DNA of 64,000 bases, from assembly GCA_951406725.2 (NCBI GenBank), contig OX597820.1, positions 126,046,001 through 126,110,000 of the forward strand, read 5' to 3'. This DNA comes from Octopus vulgaris. Taxonomy: Eukaryota. This document shows positions 28,122 through 41,269 of this stretch, piece by piece. Each line of letters starts with the position of its first letter. The first letter of the stretch is position 1. The notes below the pieces were generated by a model. It saw nothing but the letters and a program-made list of their open reading frames with translations, was not told the DNA's origin and did not search any database. Made by a program: the position numbers and the translations under genes.

Positions 28122-30278
28122 GAAATGAAGAAAATGCTGACAAATAATTGAAGTAATTTAAGTAATTTAATTAGGTGAATGTTCTTTTACCGGTTGCGCA
28201 TTTGTTATGCTTATCAAAATATAAAAGAGAGATTAGAGTCTGTCTCTTATATGTGGAAAAAAAGAGGCTCCAGAGTTGTTTTGGATTTGCTTGGTTTCGC
28301 GCCTAAAATTTTGATTGGTCATTATGAAGGGGTCACGTGAATGTTTGAATGGAAGTTGGTGCTGGGGTAAGAAAAAAGGCTCCAGAGAAGTTAAAATTTG
28401 GCTAGTGTCCCGCCTAAAATTTCTTATTGGCCATAATAAAGAGGTCACGTGAATGTTTAGAATTTTCGAAAATAGTGTTGTTGAAACTTCTTATTGTTCA
28501 GGCTGGTCAGTAGACGTCATGTGGATATTTTAAATAGCTTTTTAGCGCGTAGTTAGGGAGTGTATTTTCCGCTTGACTGGATAAGTAAGTTCGTTTAGAA
28601 CAGGGAGAGCTGTATGTATGTATGTGCGTGCGCGCGCGCGCGCGTGTGTGTGTTTATATGTATGTTGGGGCGCGCGCGTGTATATATGTGTGTGTGTGTG
28701 GGTACAATTTTCAATATTTATAGTTCTGCTGGCCTTGTGCCTGTATCGGGAAGCAACGTATTTGTGTGAAGTCAATATTTACAGCCATTTCCAAAAAATA
28801 GTGTTGGATGTTTTGCACCCGTATTCAATTACGTGTATGTGTGGAACCATATATTTGTGTGTGTCATGGTGTTAATATCTGGGTAAAGGTGTGTGTAGGG
28901 TGTGTGCAGGTGTAAGTGTGTTTGTTGTGGGTTCGTGTTAGGGGCATGTGTTTAGAAGTGGTCTGTATTTATTAATAAGGTGGGATTCCATGGTTATTCG
29001 CTGGGTATGAGTGGCATTGTCTTTAAATTTGTAGAGGGGAAAGATTCTAAAATTGGGATGGAGTTGTGCGGCACAGGTATCAATATGTGCACTAAATGCT
29101 ATTTTTCTATATTCCTGTATTTTTATTTGGGATCTGTGGACAGTCATGTGTTGGCGGAGGCTATTTTTTGTTTGGCCTATGTAGTGTTCATTACAGCCCG
29201 AGCAAGTTAAGACATATACTAGGTTTTCTGATGCGCATGTGAAGTTGTTTTACTGTGAAACGTTGTCCTTGTTTAAAAAGGAATTCCGGACCTTCTATTA
29301 GGTTGATGCATATACCACAGTTGGGTCTATTGCATTTGTTTACTGTGGGTTTAGTTGTTGTGGTTGGCAGTACTTTGGCATTTGTTAGGATGGTTTTCAA
29401 TGATTTGGGTTGCTTTTTGCTCTTTATGATTTCGTGTGTTAGGAGGATTTGGTTCATTCTATGGTCCTTTTGTAATATAGGAATGTTCTGGAGGATGGTG
29501 TCAAAAGCTTCATTGTTGAGGGGGTTGTGTGTAGAGATGTATGGTAGAGTATGGGGTTTCGATGTAACAGGTTTAGGGCGTCTAAGTTCCTGCGTGCTGA
29601 TTTTTAGGGCGCGTTGGATCCCATTGTCAATTAGTGACGTGGGGTAATCCCTGCTTGTTAATGTGCCCTTGAGTTCTTGTAGACGTAAGAGACGGGTGTT
29701 TTTATTGGAGACTATAGTGCAAATTCTCTTGGCTAAGTTGTAGGGAATGTTAATTTTAACGTGTCTAGGGTGGCATGAATTGAAAGGGAGGTATTGCTTG
29801 GAGTCTGTGGGCTTGTAGTATATGTCTGTTTCTATTTTTTTGTTGTGAATTTTAATGAGGATGTCGAGGAAGGGAATTTGTTGAGGGCTGTATTCCATTG
29901 TGAAAATAATGTTTGTGTTGAGCCCATTTATAAGAGTGTGAAATTCGTTAAGCTTCTCGACGGTTTCGGGCCAAAGGATGAAGCAGTCATCAAGATATCT
30001 CTTCCAGTTCTTCTCTATGTGTGTGTGGAGAGTGGTGCCAAATTGGTTAAGAACGTTATTATAGAGGGTGATTTCCAGGTATCCCATGACTAAGTTGGCG
30101 TAAGTGGGAGCTGTTTTCGTTCCCATTGCCGTCCCTGATTTCTGTCTGTAGAATTTGTTGTTGAAGGTGAAGAAATTATTCTCTAAGATGAATTTGAGTC
30201 CTTCTAAAATAAATTCCTTTTTGATGCGGTGTGGGAGTTCGTTGGAGTAATTATCCAGCCAGAATTGGATAGCTTCTA
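28117..30278 (-). mobile_element. Young 5'-truncated Neptune-type Penelope-like retroelement (copy A)
   Basis: RT motifs MGTKTAPTYANL, KRYLDDCF, IPFLDI, SCHPRH; CNRPNCGIC linker; frameshifted GIY-YIG (NLVYVLTCSGCNEHYIGQT); long 3' non-coding part ending at (AT)n. Confidence 0.93.
28938..30278 (-). pseudogene. PLE reverse transcriptase-GIY-YIG ORF, 5'-truncated, one frameshift near 29245
   Basis: ORFs 29191-30126 and 28938-29147 join through a frameshift at ...GTAAAACAACTTCAC... Confidence 0.9.
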
Positions 30279-30302
30279 TAGGAATAGAAGCTATCCAATT
30301 CT

Positions 30303-30551
30303 ATAGGAATAGAAGCTATCCAATTCTGGCTGGATAATTACTCCAACGAACTCCCACACCGCATCAAAAAGGAATTTATTTTAGAAGGACTCAAATTCAT
30401 CTTAGAGAATAATTTCTTCACCTTCAACAACAAATTCTACAGACAGAAATCAGGGACGGCAATGGGAACGAAAACAGCTCCCACTTACGCCAACTTAGTC
30501 ATGGGATACCTGGAAATCACCCTCTATAATAACGTTCTTAACCAATTTGGC
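30303..30551 (+). repeat. Inverted (fold-back) copy of 30037-30278
   Basis: Apparently exact reverse complement over 30310-30551; junction carries a 25-nt tandem duplication. Confidence 0.95.
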
Positions 30552-30599
30552 GAATTAACCTAATGAAGCAAATGACAGAAAGGACTCTGAAACATTTTG

Positions 30600-30830
30600 T
30601 TCTGTAGTCTGGCCCGGCAGATGTCCCAGGGCAACACAGCTTGGATCCGGTCGTCATCCTGCAACTGTGAGTAAATTTAAGCTAAGATGCAAGCCTATGA
30701 ATGAGGGATGTTGGAATGTTCAAATGTTATAAGACAATGGTTGTCTGAAATCTCGTTTAGAAAGAAAATCCGCTCTGGTCGCAAATGAGTTACAGCGATA
30801 TGATATGGATGTTGTAACGTTAGCCAAAGC
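30600..30830 (+). mobile_element. RTE-clade LINE 5' fragment
   Basis: GCWNVQML...ERKSALVANELQRYDMDVVTL resembles the RTE/BovB endonuclease N-terminus. Confidence 0.75.
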
Positions 30831-30880
<50 letters not shown>

Positions 30881-30894
30881 AACTATGCCATTTA

Positions 30895-30925
30895 ATTCCA
30901 AGCAACGCTGGGTATTTCTGATAGT
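30895..30925 (+). mobile_element. Possible Helitron 3' end (hairpin plus TAG)
   Basis: CCAAGCAACGCTGGG-TATTTCTGATAGT. Confidence 0.35.
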
Positions 30926-31335
30926 GGTCTTATAAAATTAATATAAAACTAAACACGTTTTAAAATGTCATTTCACAATTGGTGATGCTAGTGGATGGTG
31001 AAATAAAAAAAAACTTAAGAATTCTACATTATAACAATTTTCTAATTGTCATCTACATAGATGTATAATCTAAAAATGGCTATTTTTGTATAGATCTATT
31101 AGTGACGTCACCGGATAGCTAAAGAATAAAACATAAAGATAAGAATTCTACGTTATGATTAATGAAACTTAGATATTTTAAGTCACGCCAATTTGTTATC
31201 TATTTACTCATTATCTTAAACCTTTTAGAAGAATTAGCCTTATATAATATTTAAAAAAATTAATAATTGAAAAATATAACCATACATATAAGCATATATA
31301 TATATATAACCCTATACAAACACACACACACCCAA

Positions 31336-31384
<49 letters not shown>

Positions 31385-31503
31385 TATATGGCCGGATAAC
31401 TGAAGAAATGACGGCGTGGGTTTCCGCCCCGACATCCGAAAGTCGGATTTTCATCATGGCTACCGAATACTTCTCACATATTACATCTGCTGCTTAAAAT
31501 AAA

Positions 31504-31544
<41 letters not shown>

Positions 31545-31667
31545 TATTTACATATATATATATATATATATGTGTGTGTAAATATATATGTATATATATA
31601 TATATGTCTGTATGTATGTGCGTATATATATACATACATATATATATACATATACATACGTACATCG

Positions 31668-32002
31668 CAGACCCCCTTTCGGTCACGAATGACCACGGGA
31701 TTGCGCTTAGAAAGCTACGCTCCGCGGCACAACTGCAGGCAACGTTGTTTATGGAAGACCAGCAGTCGTCCATGCATACCAGCCTCCCTTCTTCATGCCA
31801 CCGATGTTATCCAAGGGAAAGGCAATGGGGCCGATACAGCTTGGCACCAGTGATGTTGCATCTCATTTCTACAGCTGAGTTAACTGGAGCAACGTGCAAT
31901 AAAGTGTCTTGCTCAAGAACACAACACGCAGCCCGATCCGGGATCCGAACTCCCAAACTCACGGTCGTAAGTTCGACGCTCTGACCACTAAGCCATGCGC
32001 CT
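31668..32002 (-). mobile_element. Full-length tRNA-derived SINE
   Basis: Minus-strand head GGCGCATGGCTTAGTGGTCAGAGCG...GTTCGGATCCC. Confidence 0.88.
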
Positions 32003-32027
32003 TCACATACATTCACATAATACATTC

Positions 32028-32074
<47 letters not shown>

Positions 32075-32079
32075 TATAC

Positions 32080-32178
<99 letters not shown>

Positions 32179-32215
32179 AAAAAAGGAGATGTCGAACACG
32201 AGTGGTGATATATAA

Positions 32216-33751
32216 AAAAGGAAATGAAGAAAATGCTGACTGGATAAGTAAGTTCGTTTAGAACAGGGAGAGCTGTATGTATGTATGTGTGTGCGCGCGC
32301 GCGCGTGTGTGTGTTTATATGTATGTTGGGGCGCGCGCGCGTGTATATATGTGTGTGTGTGTGGGTACAATTTTCAATATTTATAGTTCTGCTGGCCTTG
32401 TGCCTGTATCGGGAAGCAACGTATTTGTGTGAAGTCAATATTTACAGCCATTTCCAAAAAATAACATTTCCAAAAAATAACATCCTAACAAATGCCAAAG
32501 TACTGCCAACCACAACAACTAAACCCACAGTAAACAAATGCAATAGACCCAACTGTGGTATATGCATCAACCTAATAGAAGGTCCGGAATTCCTTTTTAA
32601 ACAAGGACAACGTTTCACAGTAAAACAACTTCACATGCGCATCAGAAAACCTAGTATATGTCTTAACTTGCTCGGGCTGTAATGAACACTACATAGGCCA
32701 AACAAAAAATAGCCTCCGCCAACACATGACTGTCCACAGATCCCAAATAAAAATACAGGAATATAGAAAAATAGCATTTAGTGCACATATTGATACCTGT
32801 GCCGCACAACTCCATCCCAATTTTAGAATCTTTCCCCTCTACAAATTTAAAGACAATGCCACTCATACCCAGCGAATAACCATGGAATCCCACCTTATTA
32901 ATAAATACAGACCACTTCTAAACACATGCCCCTAACACGAACCCACAACAAACACACTTACACCTGCACACACCCTACACACACCTTTACCCAGATATTA
33001 ACACCATGACACACACAAATATATGGTTCCACACATACACGTAATTGAATACGGGTGCAAAACATCCAACACTATTTTTTGGAAATGGCTGTAAATATTG
33101 ACTTCACACAAATACGTTGCTTCCCGATACAGGCACAAGGCCAGCAGAACTATAAATATTGAAAATTGTACCCACACACACACACATATATACACGCGCG
33201 CGCGCCCCAACATACATATAAACACACACACGCGCGCGCGCACACACACATACATACATACAGCTCTCCCTGTTCTAAACGAACTTACTTATCCAGTCAA
33301 GCGGAAAATACACTCCCTAACTACGCGCTAAAAAGCTATTTAAAATATCCACATGACGTCTACTGACCAGCCTGAACAATAAGAATTTTCAACAACACTA
33401 TTTTCGAAAATTCTAAACATTCACGTGACCTCTTTATTATGGCCAATAAGAAATTTTAGGCGGGACTCTAGCCAAATTTTAACTTCTCTGGAGCCTTTTT
33501 TCTTACCCCAACACCAACTTCCATTCAAACATTCACGTGACCCCTTCATAATGACCAATCAAAATTTTAGGCACGAAACCAAGCAAATCCAAAACAACTC
33601 TGGAACCTCTTTTTTTCACATATAAGAGACAGACTCTAATCTCTCTTTTATATTTTGATAAGCATAACAAATGCGCAACCGGTAAAAAGAACTTTCACCT
33701 AATTAAATTACTTAAATTACTTCAATTATTTGTCAGCATTTTCTTCATTTC

Positions 33752-33756
<5 letters not shown>
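32216..33756 (+). mobile_element. Neptune-type PLE copy B: plus arm 32481-33756 preceded by an inverted, internally deleted 3' piece 32216-32463
   Basis: 32481-33756 is a near-identical reverse complement of 28117-29392; 32216-32463 equals 28117-28141 joined to 28578-28800; (AT)n on both sides. Confidence 0.93.
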
Positions 33757-33806
<50 letters not shown>

Positions 33807-33813
33807 TTCTTTA

Positions 33814-33943
33814 CTAGCCACAAGGGTCTAAACATAGAGTGTACAAAGAAGGACAGACAAACGGATTAAGTCGATTACATCGACCCCAGTGCGTAACTGG
33901 TATTTTATTTATCAACCCCGAAAGGATGAAAGGCAAAGTCGAC
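33814..33943 (-). mobile_element. SINE 3' fragment (family of 19862)
   Basis: CGATTACATCGACCCCAG...AAAGGATGAAAGGCAAAGTCGAC. Confidence 0.8.
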
Positions 33944-33958
33944 CTATATATATATATA

Positions 33959-33989
<31 letters not shown>

Positions 33990-34659
33990 ATACATGTGTG
34001 TGTGTAGACATGGATATAAAGACACTCACACACACATACACACACACAAATATCCCTATCAGACGTACTTTTAATCTTTTGACCTAAATCTCATTTCACA
34101 CTCTTTCGCTCTCTTTTCCACTCACTCCCCATCTTTCTCTCCCTCACTCTCCCTTTCACTCTAGCTATTCATCTAACGGGTTTTTTTCTTCCCTTTGCTC
34201 CTTTTTATGCAATGATTTATCAGAGTATAAACCTTTCATTCCCCGTACACCAGATCGTTCATATCCAACATTACGATATTGCTCTTCATTTGCTCTTAGC
34301 TACAACAATTTTTTACTATTCATTCGTCTTATTTAGAGTATATTGTTGCTTTATTTATACATTCATTCATTTATTATGTATATTGTATTTATTCTACTTT
34401 ATTCGATAACATTATTGCTCTCCTAGCGCCTTATACACATCTTCCTTTTAGCCAATGTATTTAATTTTCTCTTCTTTTCCTATGTCTTATTGACTGGCGA
34501 CATTTTTTTTATATTTACACATATATAAGTAAAAGTAAGCGCCTGTACACATCCACATGTTCACACTCACACATCCACACACGTTTAGTGTGGTTGCGGT
34601 GGAGAGAGATATAGAAGTAGCGGTAAATGCACACACAGACACACGCACATATATACACA

Positions 34660-35525
<866 letters not shown>

Positions 35526-36181
35526 CATAAATACATCCGTCCATACACGAATACATACCTACTTACATTCATGACTTGAAGTAAACAAACGCATGCTTGA
35601 TGTTTGAGAGTGTCTTTATTAAATTTGCTATGAATACAATCTCGTACATTAATGCCACTACTCATAGACTTATTAAATAACTGGTTAGTCGTCTGATTAC
35701 ATTAGCTGAAGGACCTTCGTATTCAATATTGGTTTTAAATTTTTTGCACAAAGCCAATATTTCAGGGAAGGCTGTAATTTGATCACATCGCATTAACCCC
35801 AGTTCTCAACTGATACTCATTTTATCAATTAGTAGTACCTGTATTTCAAGGAGCCGGCCTTGTCACATTCTATGTCATGCTGAATATACCTGAGAACTAC
35901 GTTAAGTGTACACGTGTCTGTGGAGTGTCCTTTAGAGTGACTTTTGAGAGACTTTTGAAAACCAGTGGATGTATTCCACTGAAATTGGGTAAATAATCCT
36001 TCGAACAGACGGTCAGCAGCGACGCCTGCTGGGTTTGGCTACTCTGCATTGATAAAAGGCAAATACCCTGAAATATATCTGCAGATGCCTGACCAGTAAG
36101 GGGAAGCGGCTGACCTCCCCTGTTCGAAGATTATAATGGCCACAGGTTCGTGTGTCATATTGCTAGCTAGAGGCGATGGCC

Positions 36182-36869
36182 TCTTGGAGCTAATCAACAG
36201 CAGATTTAGTCTTATATTTATGGACTGCAATATTAGCTTGTCCATAACAGTTAATAATATATATATATAATAAGATGCTTCCAAATAAGGAAGCGTAGTG
36301 CCAGAAACACAAAAAGGGATAAATTCATGAAAGGAATGAAAATTAAAAACAGTTACTATCCCAGCTATATCCCAGGCCGACGGTTTCTACCTATTTTTAG
36401 CAAACACGCAGAATATATTTGCCAGGCCAGGGTCTTCAGTGGGAAGCCTTCGTATTCCTAGACGCACAGACTGTTAGAAGCACATGTAGATCTAACGGTT
36501 TGTATATCCTAACTTTTCAAACCTCTGCGCAGACGCAAATCATACCCGGCGACAGAGAGGATGCCGGTAAAAAATTTACGAACAAATTTATCAAGCAATA
36601 TTTAAACATAATCAAATAGGGTAATAAAATAAATTATTATTACCAGTGGCCTAGCACAAAAGACGAATTAGTCATTAGACTATATATTTTTCGTATAGAA
36701 ATATAATAAAAGGCTTCCAAATAAGGAAGCGTAGTGCTAGAAACACAAAAAGGGATAAATTCATGAAAGGAATGAATATATATATATATATATAATTAAC
36801 AGTTATTGCCAAGCTAGTATGGCAGTCCATAAATATAAGACTAAAGCTGCCGTTGATTAGCTCCAAGAT
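36182..36869. mobile_element. Composite: 75-bp inverted termini enclosing a direct-repeat unit (64-bp repeats, period 437 bp)
   Basis: 36182-36255 is the reverse complement of 36796-36869; GCTTCCAAATAAGGAAGCGTAGTGC...GGAATGAA at 36277 and 36714. Confidence 0.85.
36370..36444 (-). ncRNA. Degenerate type I HHR-like motif
   Basis: UCCCA-CUGAAGA-CCCU...AGGUA-GAAAC-CGUCG-GCC/UGGGA (cleavage triplet mutated). Confidence 0.5.
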
Positions 36870-38226
36870 TAGCATGCATCCATGCATGCACACATATATA
36901 CATACATACAAACATCCATACATCAATATACATGTACATGTGTCTGGTCACCTCTGATTACCTAGTTAATGATACCCATTTATCAATGGCCAAGCCTTGT
37001 TTGTGTGGTAGATACTGACTTGTTCTCTATTATACAAATCAGAAATACATTCTCGCAAACACACACACACACACACACACACAATCCTTGTATGGTTTGG
37101 TTGAATCCCACTTACTTGTATATAGCATTTACCGTATGAATCAATGGATAAGTTAACAAAATGGTAACGTTAAAATTGATGTAATAATGAAGGCGGTTAT
37201 ACGTAATATAAAACCGCGCACGCACATACACATGCACATGCACTAAGGCATATATACACACAAATACGCATACATTATATTGTATTCCTGTATATGTTCA
37301 TATATATTAAACATATATACATTTCATGCACTTAACATTCAAAGGTTCTTGCGTAAACAAGCATATCAAAAGGGAGGCAATAAATAAAAGTTACTGAATT
37401 TTTGATTTTGAGAAAAAAAACTTTTTTACAAATGTTCATCACCTTGCAAAGCTATCAGCTAAGCAAATGAGCTCTAAATGCATTAAAAACACTATAACGT
37501 ATTCAGAACACTATTTCAGAAAATTGTCTGTCTTCTTTGAGCACATAAAAGACAAATTTAGCGGGAGCAAAATGAGTGAGACAAAATCAGTTAAATTTGT
37601 CCCTTCAATTCACCAGAATTACATTTGAGAATAGACTCATACACATCAATATCTATCCTTTGACATTAGAAAAATAAGAAATGCAACAAAAATATAAAAT
37701 ATCTTGCCTCTTCACGATCTGCTGGAGTGGTTCTATTCATGATATATTTACACACCTAGCAGTTATTGAAATCAGTTATTACTCATTATGCTCGAGTTCA
37801 GACATCTCCTTTTTTTTTTCTTTTTTTTGAAACCTGAAAATGTTCAAATTAGACATTAGTGTGTGAAAAAATTGGCTTGGAAACCAGCCAAAATAAAAAA
37901 AAACCTAATTGATTGTTAAACACCAAAAATTATTCAGATATTTTATTAGCAATTCCAATTAAAATCAGTTTAAGGAAATGTTTCTTGAAAATGAAGTCCC
38001 GGTCACCTGAATGTTTCAAACTGTCTCAACTTCAATAATAACTAATGCTGACCAATTTTTACTCCTCCTGAAGATGACGTAATAGTTGCAATGTGATGGA
38101 TTCATACAGATAGGGACAAAAAATCGAGAAATTACAAATTACCCATTCCTCCTACATAGTTACTTTGAAACATAGAGACTCATACACACATGCATACATA
38201 CATATATGCATTCAAATGAGCATACA

Positions 38227-38960
38227 TATTGGGTTGGCGACTAAGTTCTCGAGGTTGTTTTAAATTTTGAAATTTATTGCGTTTTTAAATTTTGGAATCC
38301 TTTTTTTTTCGAGAATTCTATTTTTGAATCATTTTGAAATTTATTTTGTTGGGTTCTTTTTTAGTTAATTTTAGTTAATTTTTGTTTATTTTCAGATAAT
38401 TAAAATGGAATGTTAAGTTAAGAAAAACGAGCATTTTCGACACCTCCTTCTTTTTGCTTTTAATCAAGGTTCTAAGGCCGCAAAAGTTCCTCGTGACATT
38501 TTTACTGTGTATGGAGAGGGTGCCATAGCTGAAAGAACCGCTCGTGATTGCTATGCCAAGTTCAAAAATGGAAATTTTGACCTCAAAATCGCACCTCATT
38601 CTGGCCGTTCATTTGAATTCAATGAAGAGCGATTAAACCAGCTTTTGCGCGAAAACACTCGTCAGACGACAAGGGAGCTGGCAGAGAAAATGGAATGCTC
38701 CCACACTGCTATAGAGGAGCATCTTCACTCGATGGTAAAGGTTCAAAAGTATGGAGCATGGATTCCGCATGCTTTAAGTGACAACAGCAAAAATCAACGA
38801 GCCATAATCTCCGCTACTTTGCTTGCTCGTCAACGCTCAACTCATGGACACAAGCAACGATTTCTTTACCCAATCGTTACTGGCTACGAAAAATGGTGCC
38901 TGTACATCAATGGAATGCAGCGTAAGGAATGGCTTAGCCCCGGTAAACAAGCGACACCAT
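38227..38960 (+). mobile_element. Mariner transposon, 5' part (HTH to first catalytic Asp), truncated
   Basis: TA-TTGGGTTGGC terminus; VYGEGAI..FKNGNFDL..SGR, WIPHALS, IVTGYEKWCLY (WVPHEL and TGDEKW motifs). Confidence 0.9.
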
Positions 38961-39563
38961 CCAAACCCGGCGATTTGTCCCTCGAGCATTCTACCATCGC
39001 GTCCCGCACTTCCGCCGCTATGATGGCACCGTCTCCGCACCCTGCCTCTCTTGTCAAGAGTCGTGGCAGGTTGTGCAGGTAGGCACTGAAGTCCACCCTC
39101 GCTCGCCACTCGTCCCGAACAATCGGGCAAAATGCTGTTGAAAGGCGTCACACATTTTACTTGGCTCGAGTAATTCGCGGTCCCGTTCATCTACCAGAGA
39201 CCGAATGGTGGCTTTGTTGCCCTGTTGCGCCTCCGCCACCCGGGTTTCCCGCGCACCTCCAACACCTTCGTTCTTAGAGCAGGCATCCTAGCTCTGACAA
39301 CGTGTTTGGCGTTGAAGTTTTCGTCGAGGGCCGACCTCGCCGCCAGTACGTCGGATGCCACTTCTAATCGCCTCTTCTAACTTCTAAACAAGATCATCCT
39401 CTACTCTGTTTATATCTATGGGTAGTGCTTTGCTATACCTAATCGCTTCGGCTTTTATTGCTCCCTTGAGAGCAAACCACCAATTGTTGTTGATGATGGC
39501 TCCCGTCAAAGCCCTCTTTACTAGCGTGCTAATCCGGTCTCTGAAAACCTGCCTTGATGGGAA
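38958..39563 (-). mobile_element. L1/Tx1-like LINE ORF2 fragment
   Basis: [43 protein letters not shown]; abuts (GATA)n. Confidence 0.75.
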
Positions 39564-39625
39564 AGACAGATGGATAGATAGATAGAGAGAGAGAGAGAAA
39601 GAGAGACAGACAGACAGACAGACAA

Positions 39626-39701
<76 letters not shown>

Positions 39702-40096
39702 GTAGGTAGATAGATAGATAGATAGGTAGATAGATAGGTAGGTAGGTAGGTAGAGAGATAGATAGACAGAGAGAGAGAGAGAAATAACATTTCGTTTTGG
39801 AATTTCCATATTTCCACTGCTTTATCATATATCGTCGAAAACAAAACGTTTTTCAATGTTTTCTCTACGACGATATGAGAACGGTTCAATTGTCTTTTAA
39901 TATTATTCTCTATCCACTCCCTTCTTCCGCACGATCTATCTCTCTATATCTCTTCCCACCCCCCTCTCTCTCTCTTTTCCCCGCTTCCCCATTCTTTGTT
40001 GCTCCTCCTTCCCCTATCTCTCCTATATGTCTCCTTGCCACTCACCCATTCTCCTGCGTTGAACGTGTTATATTTATCTTACCTTTCAACGCTAAT

Positions 40097-40230
40097 AAAT
40101 CCACTCACAAGGCTTTGGTCAGCCCGAGGTTATAGTAGAAGACACTTGCCCAAGGTGCCACGCAGTGGGACTGAACCTGGAACCATGTGGTTGGGAAGCA
40201 AGCTTCTTACCACACAGCCACGCCTGCGCC

Positions 40231-40231
<1 letters not shown>
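40097..40231 (-). mobile_element. SINE 5' half (family of 17220)
   Basis: Minus-strand GGCGCAGGCGTGGCTGTGTGGTAAGAAGCTTGCTTCCCAACC. Confidence 0.88.
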
Positions 40232-40272
<41 letters not shown>

Positions 40273-40499
40273 ACTTGTACATAACTCTATGTACATTCAT
40301 ACATACATACGTACATACATATATACATACATACACACACACAAACATACATACATATATACATACATACATTCGTATATACATATATATATACATGCAT
40401 ACACATACATATATATGTATATATCTGTATATATATATATGTATATATATGTGTGTATATTGGTGTGTATATATATATATATATATTGGTATATATATA

Positions 40500-40560
<61 letters not shown>

Positions 40561-40780
40561 AATATATATGTATATATATGTCAATATATATATATATATA
40601 TACACACACCAATATACACACATATATATACATATATATATACACATATATACATATATATGCATGTGTATGCATGTATATAATGCATGAACATACCTAT
40701 GTGTGCGTGTCTGTATATATATTTATATCTATCTATCTATATCCGTATATATATACATATAAATCTCTCTCTCTCTCTCA

Positions 40781-40869
<89 letters not shown>

Positions 40870-40889
40870 TATATTTATATAGATATATA

Positions 40890-40948
<59 letters not shown>

Positions 40949-40955
40949 GTGTATA
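40232..40955. repeat. (AT)n-rich microsatellite block
   Basis: Directly visible. Confidence 0.95.
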
Positions 40956-41269
40956 AATGGAATTAAGCGCAGGTGTTATTCAAATTCTTTTACTTCCGAC
41001 ACATGTTTCTAGGATATCATTGGTATTATTCCAAAGGAATAAAATGGCGTTACACCCTTTTTTGCTACCCTGGTAACTATTTGTCTATTTTTTCCGTGTT
41101 AATTGTAAATAAGGGGAAAAATACACACATCTATATATATATATATATATATAGTTTACTACCATATATATATATATATATATACATATATAGGGTAGTA
41201 AACTTTTACAGATTTCACTACCAGTGGCCTAGCATGTACAAAAAGTCAATACACAACATATTATTCAAT

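Noticed and set aside
32237-32244. Spliced intron explaining the 436-nt deletion in the inverted PLE piece
   Set aside because: No placement of the junction gives GT-AG on either strand; TGAC microhomology fits template switching
39996-41012. 338-aa ORF and similar YI/CV/HT/LSIY ORFs throughout
   Set aside because: SINE plus di- and tetranucleotide repeats that lack stop codons; not genes
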